64,000 nucleotides of DNA from Macrostomum lignano. Its lineage: Eukaryota. A program made the position numbers and the translations under genes. Shown piece after piece: positions 33,601 to 45,600 of this stretch. The stretch is from positions 286,262 to 350,261 of the forward strand of contig NIVC01000219.1 of NCBI GenBank assembly GCA_002269645.1, read 5' to 3'. Each line of letters begins with the position of its first letter. Position 1 is the first letter of the stretch. The notes under the pieces are model-generated. The model had not been told where the DNA came from. It searched no databases and was given only the letters and a program-made list of their open reading frames with translations.

Positions 33601-36600
33601 CAACGTCAGGAAAACTAAAAGACTTTTTAAAAACAAGCGTCATGTAAAAATCATAGAAGCGTCATTTACAAAATCATAGAAGCACCATTTAAAAAATCAT
33701 AGAAGCGTCACGTAAAAATATCATAGAAGCGTCATGTAAACAATCATAGAAGCGTCATTTAAAAAATCGTAGAAGCGTCATGTAAAAAATCATAGAAGCG
33801 TCATATAAAAATCATAGAAGCGTCATATAAAAATCATAGAAGCGTCATTTAAAAAATCATAGAAGCGTCATGTAAACAATCATAGAAGCGTCATGTAAAA
33901 AATCGTAGAAGCGTCATGTAAAAAATCTTAGAAGCGTCATGTAAACAATCATAGAAGCGTCATGTAAACAATCATAGAAGCGTCATGTAAACAATCATAG
34001 AAGCTTTATGTAAACAATCATAGAAGCGTCATGTAAACAATCATAGAAACGTCATGTAAACAATCATAGAAGCGTCATGTAAAAAATCATAGAAGCGTCA
34101 TGTAAAAAATCATAGAAGTGTCATTAAAAAATCATAGAAGCGCCATTTAAAAAATCATAGAAGCGTCATATAAAAATCGTAGAAGCGTCATGTAAACAAT
34201 CATAGAAGCGTCATGTAAACAATCATAGAAGCGTTATGTAAACAATCATAGAAGCGCCATGTAAAAAATCATAGAAGCGTCATGTAAACAATCATAGAAG
34301 TGTCATGTAAAAAATCGTTGAAGCGTCATGTAAACAATCATAGAAGCGTCATGTAAACAATCATAGAAGCGTCATGTAAACAATCATAGAAGCGTCATAT
34401 AAAAATCATAGAAGCGTCATGTAAAAATCATAGAAGCGTCAAGAAAAAATCATAGAAGCCTCATTTAAAAACTAATGAAAGTGTCATTTAAAAAATTAAG
34501 AAGCGTCACGGTAGAATAAAAGAAACGTCATGTCAGACATGAAGGGTTCATGTAAAAATTAAATGCAATTATAATGCTGTGCTGGGGAGAAAAACTGAGA
34601 CGTAAAGGCTCTCAGAGAATAACTGAGATTACGGGGGGGTTTCTGAGATGTCAAAGCAAAAGTCAGAAGCTACTTCAAAGTTCATGTCACGGGGGGGGCG
34701 CTGATAGAAGAAGAGTCATGTAAAAAATAAAAGTAGCACTATGTATACATAAAATAAAAGTCATGTCGAAGTTGAAAGATTCATTTGGGAATTGCTACGA
34801 TGTCAAAGCTTGGTGGAAATCGTTATAGTGCTGTTATTCTTAAAGAAGGAATCACTAAAATGTCAAGGCTTAGGGGAGAAGAATTGCTGAGATTTCAAGG
34901 CTTTAGGTTGGGTTAAAGTTAGGTTTAGGTCAGGTGTGGGTTGAGGGTTATATTTTATCGGGTTTCATGGTTAACAGGGGATTTTTTAGATTTCAAGGTT
35001 TATGGGGGCCATTGCTGACATGTCAAGGCTTACGGGGGAATAGCTGAGATGTCAAGGCTCACGGGGGTATAAATGAGATTTCAAGGCTAAAGTCAGAAGC
35101 TACATGTAGTTTATTGAAAACTTTTTATTACATTATTTGATGCCTCCTCAGGGTAGGGATCGCTGATAAAAAAGCGTAATGTAAAAAATAAAAGAAGCTT
35201 CATGTCGAAGTTAAGAGATTCATTTGGAAATCCCTACGATGTTGAGGCTTGCAGGGAATCGCTATAATGCTGTAGTAGTGCTATAATGACTCTTAGAGAG
35301 AATTACTGAAATTTCAATGCTTTAGGGTTAGGTTAGGGTTAGGGTTAGGGTTAGGGTTAGGGTTAGGGTTAGGCTATGGTTATGGTTAGAAGGTTGACAG
35401 ATATTTTTAGATTTCCAAGGCTTATTGGGGGCATTGCTGAGATGTCAAGGGGGGAAGTTGATATGTTAAAGCTTGTGGGGGGATAACTGACATGTCAAGG
35501 CTTACAAGGTTTGACAGAAGATTTTTTAAGATTTCAAGGATACATGTAGCTTATTAAAAAAACGTGTATTGCGTTTCTTTGGCTCCCCAACGGGGGGCGT
35601 AGATTGCTAGTGACGCTTCTATGATTGTTTACATGACGCTTCTATGATTGTTTACATGACGCTTCTATGATTGTTTACATGACGCTTCTATGATTGTTTA
35701 CATGACGCTTCTAAGATTTTTTACATGACGCTTCTACGATTTTTTACATGACGCTTCTATGATTGTTTACATGACGCTTCTATGATTTTTTAAATGACGC
35801 TTCTATGATTTTTATATGACGCTTCTATGATTTTTTACATGACGCTTCTACGATTTTTTAAATGACGCTTCTATGATTGTTTACATGACGCTTCTATGAT
35901 ATTTTTACGTGACGCTTCTATGATTTTTTAAATGGTGCTTCTATGATTTTGTAAATGACGCTTCTATGATTTTTACATGACGCTTGTTTTTAAAAAGTCT
36001 TTTAGTTTTCCTGACGTTGAAAAGCTTTAATTAAAAAAATTATACTTTATGAAAATTTGAACCATCGTCGCTGCATTTAGCAGTTCAGTCTGTTTACCTC
36101 TAGGCTAGCTCTCATCGTTTTGATAACATCAAAATTTGCACTTATATAATTCAACACTTGAAAATCCAAGCATAGAGTAAATCACACGAAGCAGTTATGA
36201 CATAATCAGTTTCTCAGTCAGTCAGTATCAGTTAACAATATGGTTACGCAATTTAAATCAAGTCTGGTGCTACGCTTCCACACTGCATTTTCAATTCAAG
36301 TCGGAGTTACAATTCAGTTATGATGCAATCTATTTCAGAATCAGAATTCAACCAGTCAGTTTTTTGTCTAGCATTCTTACAATACATTTCAAGTCGAAAA
36401 GTTTGCTTGACCTTTGCAAAAAAGCATGTTTTTCGAATATTTAATGCCTTTAGCATCGAACAATTTCTTAGCCACGATGCATGTACAGTCACGGGAAAAT
36501 TTCTGATCGAACAGTGCAAGTTCGAACAAAATCGGTCCAGCCATTTTTTCTCTAATCGATCACATAGACACAGACAGACCATTTTTAGTATATATAGAGA

Positions 36601-36621
36601 TAGAGATTTAGTATATTTAGA
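30687..36621 (-). mobile_element. Non-autonomous satellite Helitron, copy B, containing an inverted copy of itself
   Basis: 5' module at about 36600-35990 (minus), 23-bp satellite at 35611-35985 and 31850-33040, CCCTAA tract near 30910-30977, hairpin plus CTAG at 30687. Confidence 0.8.
33045..35610 (+). mobile_element. Non-autonomous satellite Helitron, copy C, inserted in opposite orientation
   Basis: A|TC at 33045, a slightly altered 5' module, 23-bp satellite at 33640-34460, TTAGGG tract near 35323-35385, hairpin ccccaacgggggg and CTAG|T at 35607-35610. Confidence 0.85.
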
Positions 36622-36859
36622 TAGCAATCTAGTGCGGCCCCCCTTCGGGGCGCCCAATAAGAAAGGAGCAAAAATAGTTCATGGAAAACAATAAAAAAAA
36701 CACATTTTCTTAAACACTAATTCCTTCTTCACATTTTAAAAATCACCTTATTCGTGTAAAATTGTCACGGACTAAGATGTTTGCAAAATTAAAAAAATCA
36801 CTTTTTCTCTAAAATTAACAAACAGTCAACAAAATATCGTTTCCCTAAATAGAAAATAT

Positions 36860-37270
36860 TCCCAAGACAGCAAGCAACCCCCTCCAAAAGTGAACAATCG
36901 CAGATAGCAAGCATCCTCTAATGCTCATAGCAAGAATCACCACAGATAGCAAGCATCTGCAGATTAGCAAGCACCCCCCAGATATTATAGAAGCATCCAC
37001 CCAGATAGCAAGCATTCTGCAGATAGCAAGCACCCCCAGATATTATAGAAGCATTCTGCAGATAGCAAGCACCCCCCAGATATTATAGAAGCATCCACCC
37101 AGATAGCAAGCATCCTGCAGATAGCAAGAATCCCTAAATAGCAAGCATCCTGCAGATAGCAAGAATCCCTGAATAGCAAGCATCCCTGGATAGAAAGAAT
37201 CCCATGCATGTAGCCAGTACCCTCTCTCCCAAATAGCAAGTATCCCCCCTCGAGAGCAAGCATCCACGAG
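36860..37270. repeat. Degenerate ~18-20-bp repeat (GATAGCAAGCATCCCCCA-like)
   Basis: The same motif recurs at 40685-40765. Confidence 0.8.
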
Positions 37271-37389
37271 ACAGCAAGTAGCTAGTGCAAATGTTACTTC
37301 CGCTAATGCAATAATCGCTTTCTCAGGTTGTGCAACAATCCACGTCTCAGCGAGCGCAATAATCTCTTTTTTAGACAGCGCAGTAATCA

Positions 37390-39855
37390 GCTTCTCAGCT
37401 AGTGCAATAATCCTTGGTTTATTAATAGCAATAATCCTTGATTAATCAAGTGCAATAATCCTTGGTTTATCAAGTGCAATAATCCTTGGTTTATCAAGTG
37501 CAGTAATCTTTGGCTTATCAAGTGCAATAATCCTTGGTTTATCAAGTGCAATAATCCTTTGTTTATCAAGTGCAATAATCCTTGGTTTATCAAGTGCAAT
37601 AATCCTTGGTTTATTAAGTGCAATAATCCTTGGTTTATTAAGTGCAATAATCCTTGGTTTATCTAGCGCAGTAATCCTTGGCTTATCAGGTGCAATAATC
37701 CTTGGTTTATCAAGTGCAATATTTGTTTATCAAGTGCAATAATCCTTGGTTTATCAAGTGAAATAATCCTTGGTTTATCAACTGCAATAATCCTTGGTTT
37801 ATCAAGCGCAGTAATCTTTGGCCTATCAAGTGCAATAATCCTTGGTTTATCAAGTGCAGTAATCCTTGGCCTATCAAGTGCAATAATCCTTGGTTTATCA
37901 AGTGCAATAATCCTTGGTTTATCAAGTGTAATAATCCTTGGTTTATCAAGTGCAATAATCCTTGGCTTATCAACTGCAATAATCCTTGGTTTATCAAGTG
38001 CAATAATCCTTGGTTTATCAAGCGCAGTAATCCTTGGCCTATCAAGTGCAATAATCCTTGGCTTATCAAGTGCAATAATCCTTGGTTTATCAAGTGCAAT
38101 AATCCTTGGTTTATCAAGTGCAGTAATCCTTGGCCTATCAAGTGCAATAATCCTTGGTTTGCCAAGAGCAATAATCCTTAGTTTATCGAGTGCAGTAATC
38201 CTTAGTTTTCCAAGTGCAGTAATCCTTGGTTTATTAAGAGCAATAATCCTTGGCTTATCGAGTGCAGTAATCCTTGGTTTGCCAAGAGCAATAATCCTTG
38301 GTTTATCAAGTGCAATAATCCTTGGTTTATCAAGTGCAATAATCCTTGGTTTATCAAGTGCAATAATCCTTGGTTTATCAGATGCAATAATCTTTGGCTT
38401 ATCAACTGCAATAATCCTTGGTTTATCAAGTGCAATAATCCTTGGCTTATCAAGTGCAATAATCCTTGGTTTATCAAGTGCAATAATCCTTGGTTTATCA
38501 AGCGCAGTAATCTTTGGCCTATCAAGTGCAATAATCCTTTGTTTATCAAGTGCAATAATCCTTGGTTTATCAAGTGCAATAATCTTTGGTTTATCAGATG
38601 CAATAATCCTTGGCTTATCAACTGCAATAATCATTGGTTTATCAAGTGCAATAATCCTTGGCTTATCAAGTGCAATAATCCTTGGTTTATCAAGTGCAAT
38701 AATCCTTGGTTTATCAAGCGCAGTAATTTTTGGCCTATCAAGTGCAATAATCCTTGGTTTATCAAGTGCAGTAATCCTTGGCCTATCAAGTGCAATAATC
38801 CTTGGTTTATCAAGTGCAATAGTCTTTGGTTTATCGAGTGCAGTAATCCTTAGTTTTCCAAGTGCAGTAATCCTTGGTTTATTAAGAGCAATAATCCTTG
38901 GTTTATCGAGTGGAGTAGTCCTTGGTTTATTAATATCAATAATCCTTGAATAATCCAGTGCATTAATCCTTGGCTTATCAAGTGCAACATTCTTTACTAT
39001 CAAGTGCAATAATCCATGGCTTATCAAGTGCAATAATCCTTGGCTTATCAAGTGCAATAATCCTTGGTTTATCAAGTGCAATAATCCTTTGTTTATCAAG
39101 TGCAATAATCCTTTGTTTATCAAGTGCAATAATCCTTTGTTTATCAAGTGCAATAATCCTTGGTTTATCAAGCGCAGTAATCCTTGGCTTATCAAGTGCA
39201 ATAATCCTTGGTTTATCAAGTGCAATAATCCTTGGTTTATCAAGCGCAGTAATCTTTGGCCTATCAAGTGCAATAATCCTTGGTTTATCAAGTGCAGTAA
39301 TCCTTGGCCTATCAAGTGCAATATTCCTTGGTTTATCAAGTGCAATAGTCCTTGGTTTATCGAGTGCAGTAATCCTTGGTTTTCCAAGTGCAATAATCCT
39401 TGGCTTCTTGAGTGCAGTAATCCTTGGTTTGCCAAGAGCAATAGTCCTTGGTTTATCGAGTGCAGTAATCCTTGGTTTTCCAAGTGCAGTAATCCTTGGT
39501 TTATTAATAGCAATAATCCTTGGCTTCTTGAGTGCAGTAATCCTTGGTTTGCCAAGAGCAATAGTCCTTGGTTTATCGAGTGCAGTAATCCTTGGTTTTC
39601 CAAGTGCAATAATCCTTGGCTTCCTGAGTGCAGTAATCCTTGGTTTGCCAAGAGCAATAGTCCTTGGTTTATCGAGTGCAGTAATCCTTGGTTTTCCAAG
39701 TGCAGTAATCCTTGGTTTATTAATAGCAATAATCCTTGGCTTCTTGAGTGCAGTAATCCTTGGTTTGCCAAGAGCAATAGTCCTTGGTTTATCGAGTGCA
39801 GTAGTCCTTGGTTTATTAATAGCAATAATCCTTGGCTTATCGAGTGCAGTAATCT
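37390..39855. repeat. 24-bp satellite array (AAGTGCAATAATCCTTGGTTTATC)n
   Basis: About 2.5 kb of period-24 repeats; it generates the spurious 8-aa-repeat ORFs. Confidence 0.97.
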
Positions 39856-40769
39856 AAGTGTTTTTATTTAGTCCTTTAATAAAACCTTTTAATAAAAAAA
39901 TTTACACTACTACTTTTAAACTACTTAGATTCGAACCTAGGTCGCTGCATTAGCAGTCTGGTCTGTTCAGCTCTAGGCTAGCTCTCATCGAAGTTATCAG
40001 TGATGTTGTACCACTTATATAATTCAACACTCACATCAAGTCAGGTAGAGTAAAAAGTCTCACGAAGCAGTTATGACATAATCAATTTCTTAGGCAAGTC
40101 AGTACCAGTGTCTATGAAAGTTTACAATATGGTTACGTAATATAAATTCAGTACTGCGCTATGCTTTCACACTCAAAGCTGTGACGCAATTCAATTGAGT
40201 GTCAAATTCAGCCAGTACACAGACGATAAATAAAGTGTATTGTGATGCAATCTATTTCAGAATCAGAATTCAACCAGTCAGTTTTTCTGCTAGCATTCTT
40301 ACGATGCATTTCAAGTCGAAAGAGCTGCTTGACCTTTGCAAAAAAGCATGTTTTTCGAATATTTAATCCCTTTAGCATCAAGCAATTTCTTAGCCACGAT
40401 GCATGTACTGTCACGGGAAAATTTCTGATCGAACAGTGCAAGTTCGAAGAAAATCGGTTGAGCCGTTTTTGCTAAAATCGATCACACACACACACATACA
40501 CACACACACATACCGACAGACCATTTTTAGTATATGGACTAGCAATCTTCGCCCCCCCGTTGGGGGGCATCTGTATAGAATCTCTGTTCTCTACAAGTAA
40601 CAAAAAGACAGCCAAATAAAGCCTTGACAAAGACAACAGACAAACTGCTCAAATAAAGTGTAATGCAAAAAGAAATCATCCCAAGACAGCAAGCATCCCC
40701 CAGATAGCAAGCATCCCCCAAATAGCAAGCATCCCCCAGATAGCAAGCATCCCCCAGATAGCAAGCATG

Positions 40770-41525
40770 GTAGCTCTTTAATGTTCGACATGGTGGCTCT
40801 ATAATCTTCGACATGGTGGCTCTTTAATGTTCGACATGGTGGCTCTTTAATGTTAGACATGGTGGCTCTATAATGCTCGACATGGTGGTCCTTTTATGCT
40901 TGACATGGTGGCTCTTTAATGTTTGACATGGTGGCTCTTTAATGTTTGACATGGTGGCTCTTAAATGTTTGACATGGTGGCTCTTTTAGGTTTGACATAA
41001 TGGCTCTTTAATGTTCTACATGGTGGCTTTTTTATTTTTGACATGGTGGCTCTTTTTTAATGTTTGGCATGGTAGCTCTTTAATGTTCGACATGGTGGCT
41101 CTTTAATTTTTGACATGGTGGCTCTTTAATGTTCGACATGGTGGTCCTTTTATGCTTGACATTGTGGCTCTTTAATGTTTGACATGGTGGCTCTTTAATG
41201 TTTGACATGGTGGCTCTTTAATGTTTGACATGGTGGCTCTTAAATGTTTGACATGGTGGCTCTTTTAGGTTTGACATAATGGCTCTTTAATGTTCTACAT
41301 GGTGGCTTTTTTATTTTTGACATGGTGGCTCTTTTTAATGTTTGGCATGGTAGCTCTTTAATGTTCGACATGGTGGCTCTTTAATTTTTGACATGGTGGC
41401 TCTTTAATGTTCGACATGGTGGTCCTTTTATGCTTGACATTGTGGCTCTTTAATGTTTGACATGTTGGTCCTTTTATGTTTGACATGGTGGCTCTTTAAT
41501 GTTTGGCATGGTGGCTCTTTAATTT
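40770..41525. repeat. 23-bp satellite (GACATGGTGGCTCTTTAATGTTC)n near the Helitron 2 3' end
   Basis: Period-23 tandem array, unrelated in sequence to the other 23-mer. Confidence 0.95.
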
Positions 41526-42661
41526 TTAACGTTTGTTAAACGTTTTTGACGTTTGTAACGCAAGAATTTTTTGTATTTTTTTGCGAATAAACTTGAAAAG
41601 TACAAAGTGAAACTTATGAACATGGCATTAAAAGTACAACCGATATGTCACGTATACATAGCGTGTGCAATGGCTGCATGTGACCAGATGAGTTCCTTTA
41701 ATACTCTACGTTAGTCTATAGTCGCAGCCCTCTGATTCGCTCATTCCTGCCCTCAAATCTATAGTCAGAACAATCAGTTCGGCTCTATTTCCTTAGCCTT
41801 TGCGCTTTGCCACAGACTATTCATATTTGTTTCGCCAAAGATTAAGAAATGAAGTAAGACAAAAGCTTCATTCAGGGCCTTCGCCTTAGTTAAAATTGAC
41901 ATCTTGTGAGTTTCGTATATTATTCAACTTTCAATATATGGAAGACGAAGGCCCCATCGCAAGTTGATGCAAATCGTTTTTTATGAGCTTACAGTCCACA
42001 GTTGTCACAGGTGACTTGAGATATTTTTGATTTTTGAAAAAAAGACTGTCACTCGTAGTTTGCGTAAAAATCCATATACTAAAATTCACTCTAATGTTAA
42101 GTTTTTGCGAACCTTGGAAAACTAAAAACAAAGTTGTTTCGTCTTTTGCATAAATTTGCGATATAAAATAAGTAAAGTTTTTACACAAATTATGATGAAA
42201 TTTCAGGGGAAAAATAAAAGACAAAATTAACTGCTCATCAAAGATTGAATTCATTAAAAGCAGTGCAAAAGAAGGTTTGTTTCAAAAGTTACTTTCGGCT
42301 ATATGAAATTGCCTTAAAATACAAATTAACTGTAAAGTGCAAATTGACTGTAAAAATTTATACAATGAATAAAATAAGCCTAATTGAGCTTCAACATAAA
42401 GTTCATTAGCTATTAGCTCGTACTCACTGCCATGCAATATCTACGCTTCGTTAGAAATGAGGTTGGGGCAATAAGTTTCCTGCGATTCTTTTAGGAATGA
42501 GAGCTATTGACAGCTATTGCTTTAGAGAATGAGAGCTATTACTTAAGAGAGATGGGAAATAATTATTCTATTTTTCCTTAAAAATAAATGAATATACTTT
42601 CTAGCCTTTTGCAATAATAAGGAAAATTATTGCTCACCCCTCATTTTTTACGATAAATAAA

Positions 42662-45600
42662 TTAGTCTTCAGTGAGAACTTCTGGAAACACAACGTTTCT
42701 GGTCCTTGTTCCCGGAATCCGGACGCGAACATTTGCCGCGTTCTTTGCTCGTGACAGCGCCGTGTACAGCTGGCCATGCGTGAAGCAACCGACTGACAGG
42801 TCAATGCCAACTGTGTCCAGAGACTGTCCCTGCGACTTGTGAATCGTCAGGCAGAAACTCGGCTTCACAGGGAACTGCAGCCGCTTAAAACTGACGGGGA
42901 GGTCCGCATTGCTAGGAATCAGCGGGATTCGCGGCAGAAGAATCTCGTCTCCCGTAAACTGGCCGGCGGCAATCTTGCATCTAAGCACGTTCTCGCCCAT
43001 TGCGAGTATGATCAGCCGCGTACCATTGCACAATCGTGGCGGGTTGATGTTCCTGAGAAGAACTACTGGCATACCCACTTTTAGCCTCAGCAAGTGAATC
43101 GGAAAGTTCGGGGCATCCAGCTGGTTGAGCAACTCAGGCGGGAAGTGCGTAGCGGCATCCTCATCGGCCACACTGTCTATTGAGCGGTACTCCCGCAGGC
43201 TGCCGGGGAACATGCCCAGGCACGTCTCGTTGATGGCATCCACTGAGTCATTGTACGGCGCCAGGATCGCTCGGCTTGCAAAGTAGCCGTCCCTCTCCAC
43301 TGAGGCCTCAAACGATGGGTACACAAAATTTATCAGATCATTGAGCGGCGCCTCCGCAGAAATAATGATCTCAGCAGGAAGAGACACTTTCTCCTCTGCA
43401 TCCTGCTCAATTGTTCCGGATCCGATCTGGGGGAGTTAAAAGTAAAATATTTAAAACGCTAGACAGACTTTAAGCAAGGCATTCTTGAATAAGCCACAAT
43501 TTTTAAAATGGAGCTCTCAACACGAAAGAAACCGAACATCCTTAAATCTTCCAATAAATAAACTGATGAAAACAAACTTACCTGCTTGAGTAGCTCGGTG
43601 TATCTCAAATACGTTGCAGAATCGGAACTGCTCAGCAATCGGATGTTTCTTGTAAGGCGATGCCGCCGGAAAAATTTCCACAGTGGGGATCTGCTGACAC
43701 ACGCCATGACGCTGTTGGCTCGAGTCCCATGCACCACAACGGGCAGCAGCTGGCGAAAGTCCCCAGCGCAAACGAAAACCACTCCGCCGAATGGCACGTC
43801 CTGCTTCCGCACGTCTCGCAAGCACCGGTCGACGGCCTCCAAATCCTTCCGGTTTGTCATAGAAATCTCGTCCCAGACAATTAGACGCACTGTCCGAAAT
43901 AAAGCGGCCTGTTTGGACTGCGCTCCAACAGCGCACACGTCTTTGCTCGAACGGATCGCCCGAATTGGTATCTTGAACCTGGCATAGACAAATAGTTTCA
44001 CCATGCCGAACATATTTACAGCACACGAAATATTTACAACTGCTTTTTGAAATATTGACAATAAATTACTCACGTTGAATGCGCCGTCTGTCCACCTGGC
44101 AAAAGAGTCGCTGCGATTCCAGAAGCCGCAACGGCGAGGGCGACTTCACCCCGGCTGCGCACGAAGGCTAGCAGAACCTCCAGCAGGAAGGTCTTGCCAG
44201 TGCCAGCAGGTGCGTCCAGGAAGTGCAAGCCGCTGGCGCCGTCCACAAGATTCTGAGTCACGGACTCGTACACCGCTTTCTGCTCATCTGTCAGCATTGG
44301 TAAGCGCGCCTCAGTAATCAGTGCTTGCTCAACCGTATCAAACTGCATTGGTCCATCTTGAGGTGTCACGGAGGCCGCAGGCAGGCCGTACTCTGGCAGG
44401 CTTCTCCCGCCCATGGAGATCAGCATGCTCTGAAGCTCACGCAGCGCCAGGTCAGTAATCTCCTCGGTGCTCAAGTCTCGGTGGTGAAACCGCAGGTCCT
44501 CGCTGAGATCCTCGGCAAAACTGCACCAGAGGTCGCTGCCATCCTCAGGCTCACCCCATATGAGAATTACGGCCAGAAGATGTCTCAGGGCTCTTGGCAT
44601 TCTTGACTGAACGGCCTCAGCTAGACACCGCCGCCAGTGGTCATCTCGCTGCAGCAGGCCAAGTGCCATGCAAGCAGCCTTGGCGCTCGGATGCACAACG
44701 CCGTCCACGGTCTGCAGCGCCTCGAAGCTAGTCGGTCCCCTAGCATTCAAAAGGAGCATTCGAACATAAAATAAATCACCTGCTCTTGGACTCACCGTGT
44801 ACATGCGTGCAACGTTTTTGTTCCGCACTACACCCGGATGGCCATCGACTCGCACACCCTGCTTGGCCCGCCGCCACTCTCTTTCGCTGGAGTGCCACAC
44901 AAAGTAGGACGGCACCTCCGTGTAGAGCAAGGACCCAGCAAATTCGTCAATACGGCACAGCTTGAAAAATGCCGTCAACGTCGAATCCTTCGGCGTTCTC
45001 GCTTTTGCTCTTGCGGTCCCCTCGTTGAAATACACGAGCTGCTCTTCCGACTTGTGAACGCAGAGTCGGATGACCGCCGGAAATCTGTTGTGCACCTGAT
45101 CAGAAAGTGGAAGGAAATATACAGCCTTTAAGTTTCAATGGAAATTCAATTTATACTATGACGAGGTGTTCACAGCTCTGGTTAAAATGAGCCAATAATA
45201 ATTAAAATGCGAATTACTTCAAAGCCCAAGATGGTATTCACGGCTTCCATTGGACCAATGTAGCGCGCGGACAGGTACTCTTTGATCTCATCACGTGGCT
45301 CATTTCCTGTCCTTTGCGTCGGCTGCTGGTCACCCACTGCCTGCTCTCTCGGTTCAGTTGGATTCCTATTGGCATCGACTTTGAACGTCGCCATGTCGCC
45401 ACCCTTTAGCAGGTACTTGATCACGTACTTGACCGACTTCACAGTGGCGCAAACTTCGACGTTCAAGTGGCATACAAACTGGAGCAACAGGTCAGGGCTG
45501 TACGGAACGACCCACCTGTTTTAATGAAAAAATAATATCATTAACTTTCAGAAACAAAAGCAGCAAAGCACAACTGAGCAATATATTAGCGTTTGAACTC

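Larger units (their letters stand above)
36622..40538 (-). mobile_element. Non-autonomous Helitron D carrying a 24-bp satellite
   Basis: 5' TCCATATACTAAAAATGG at 40538 with a related 5' module; 3' hairpin gcccccttcggggc near 36637-36651 followed by a ...attgcta terminus. Confidence 0.75.

Noticed and set aside
37399-39871. Long ORFs up to 720 aa (LLHLINQG / KPRIIALD repeats)
   Set aside because: They are products of a stop-poor 24-bp satellite that is open in several frames on both strands.
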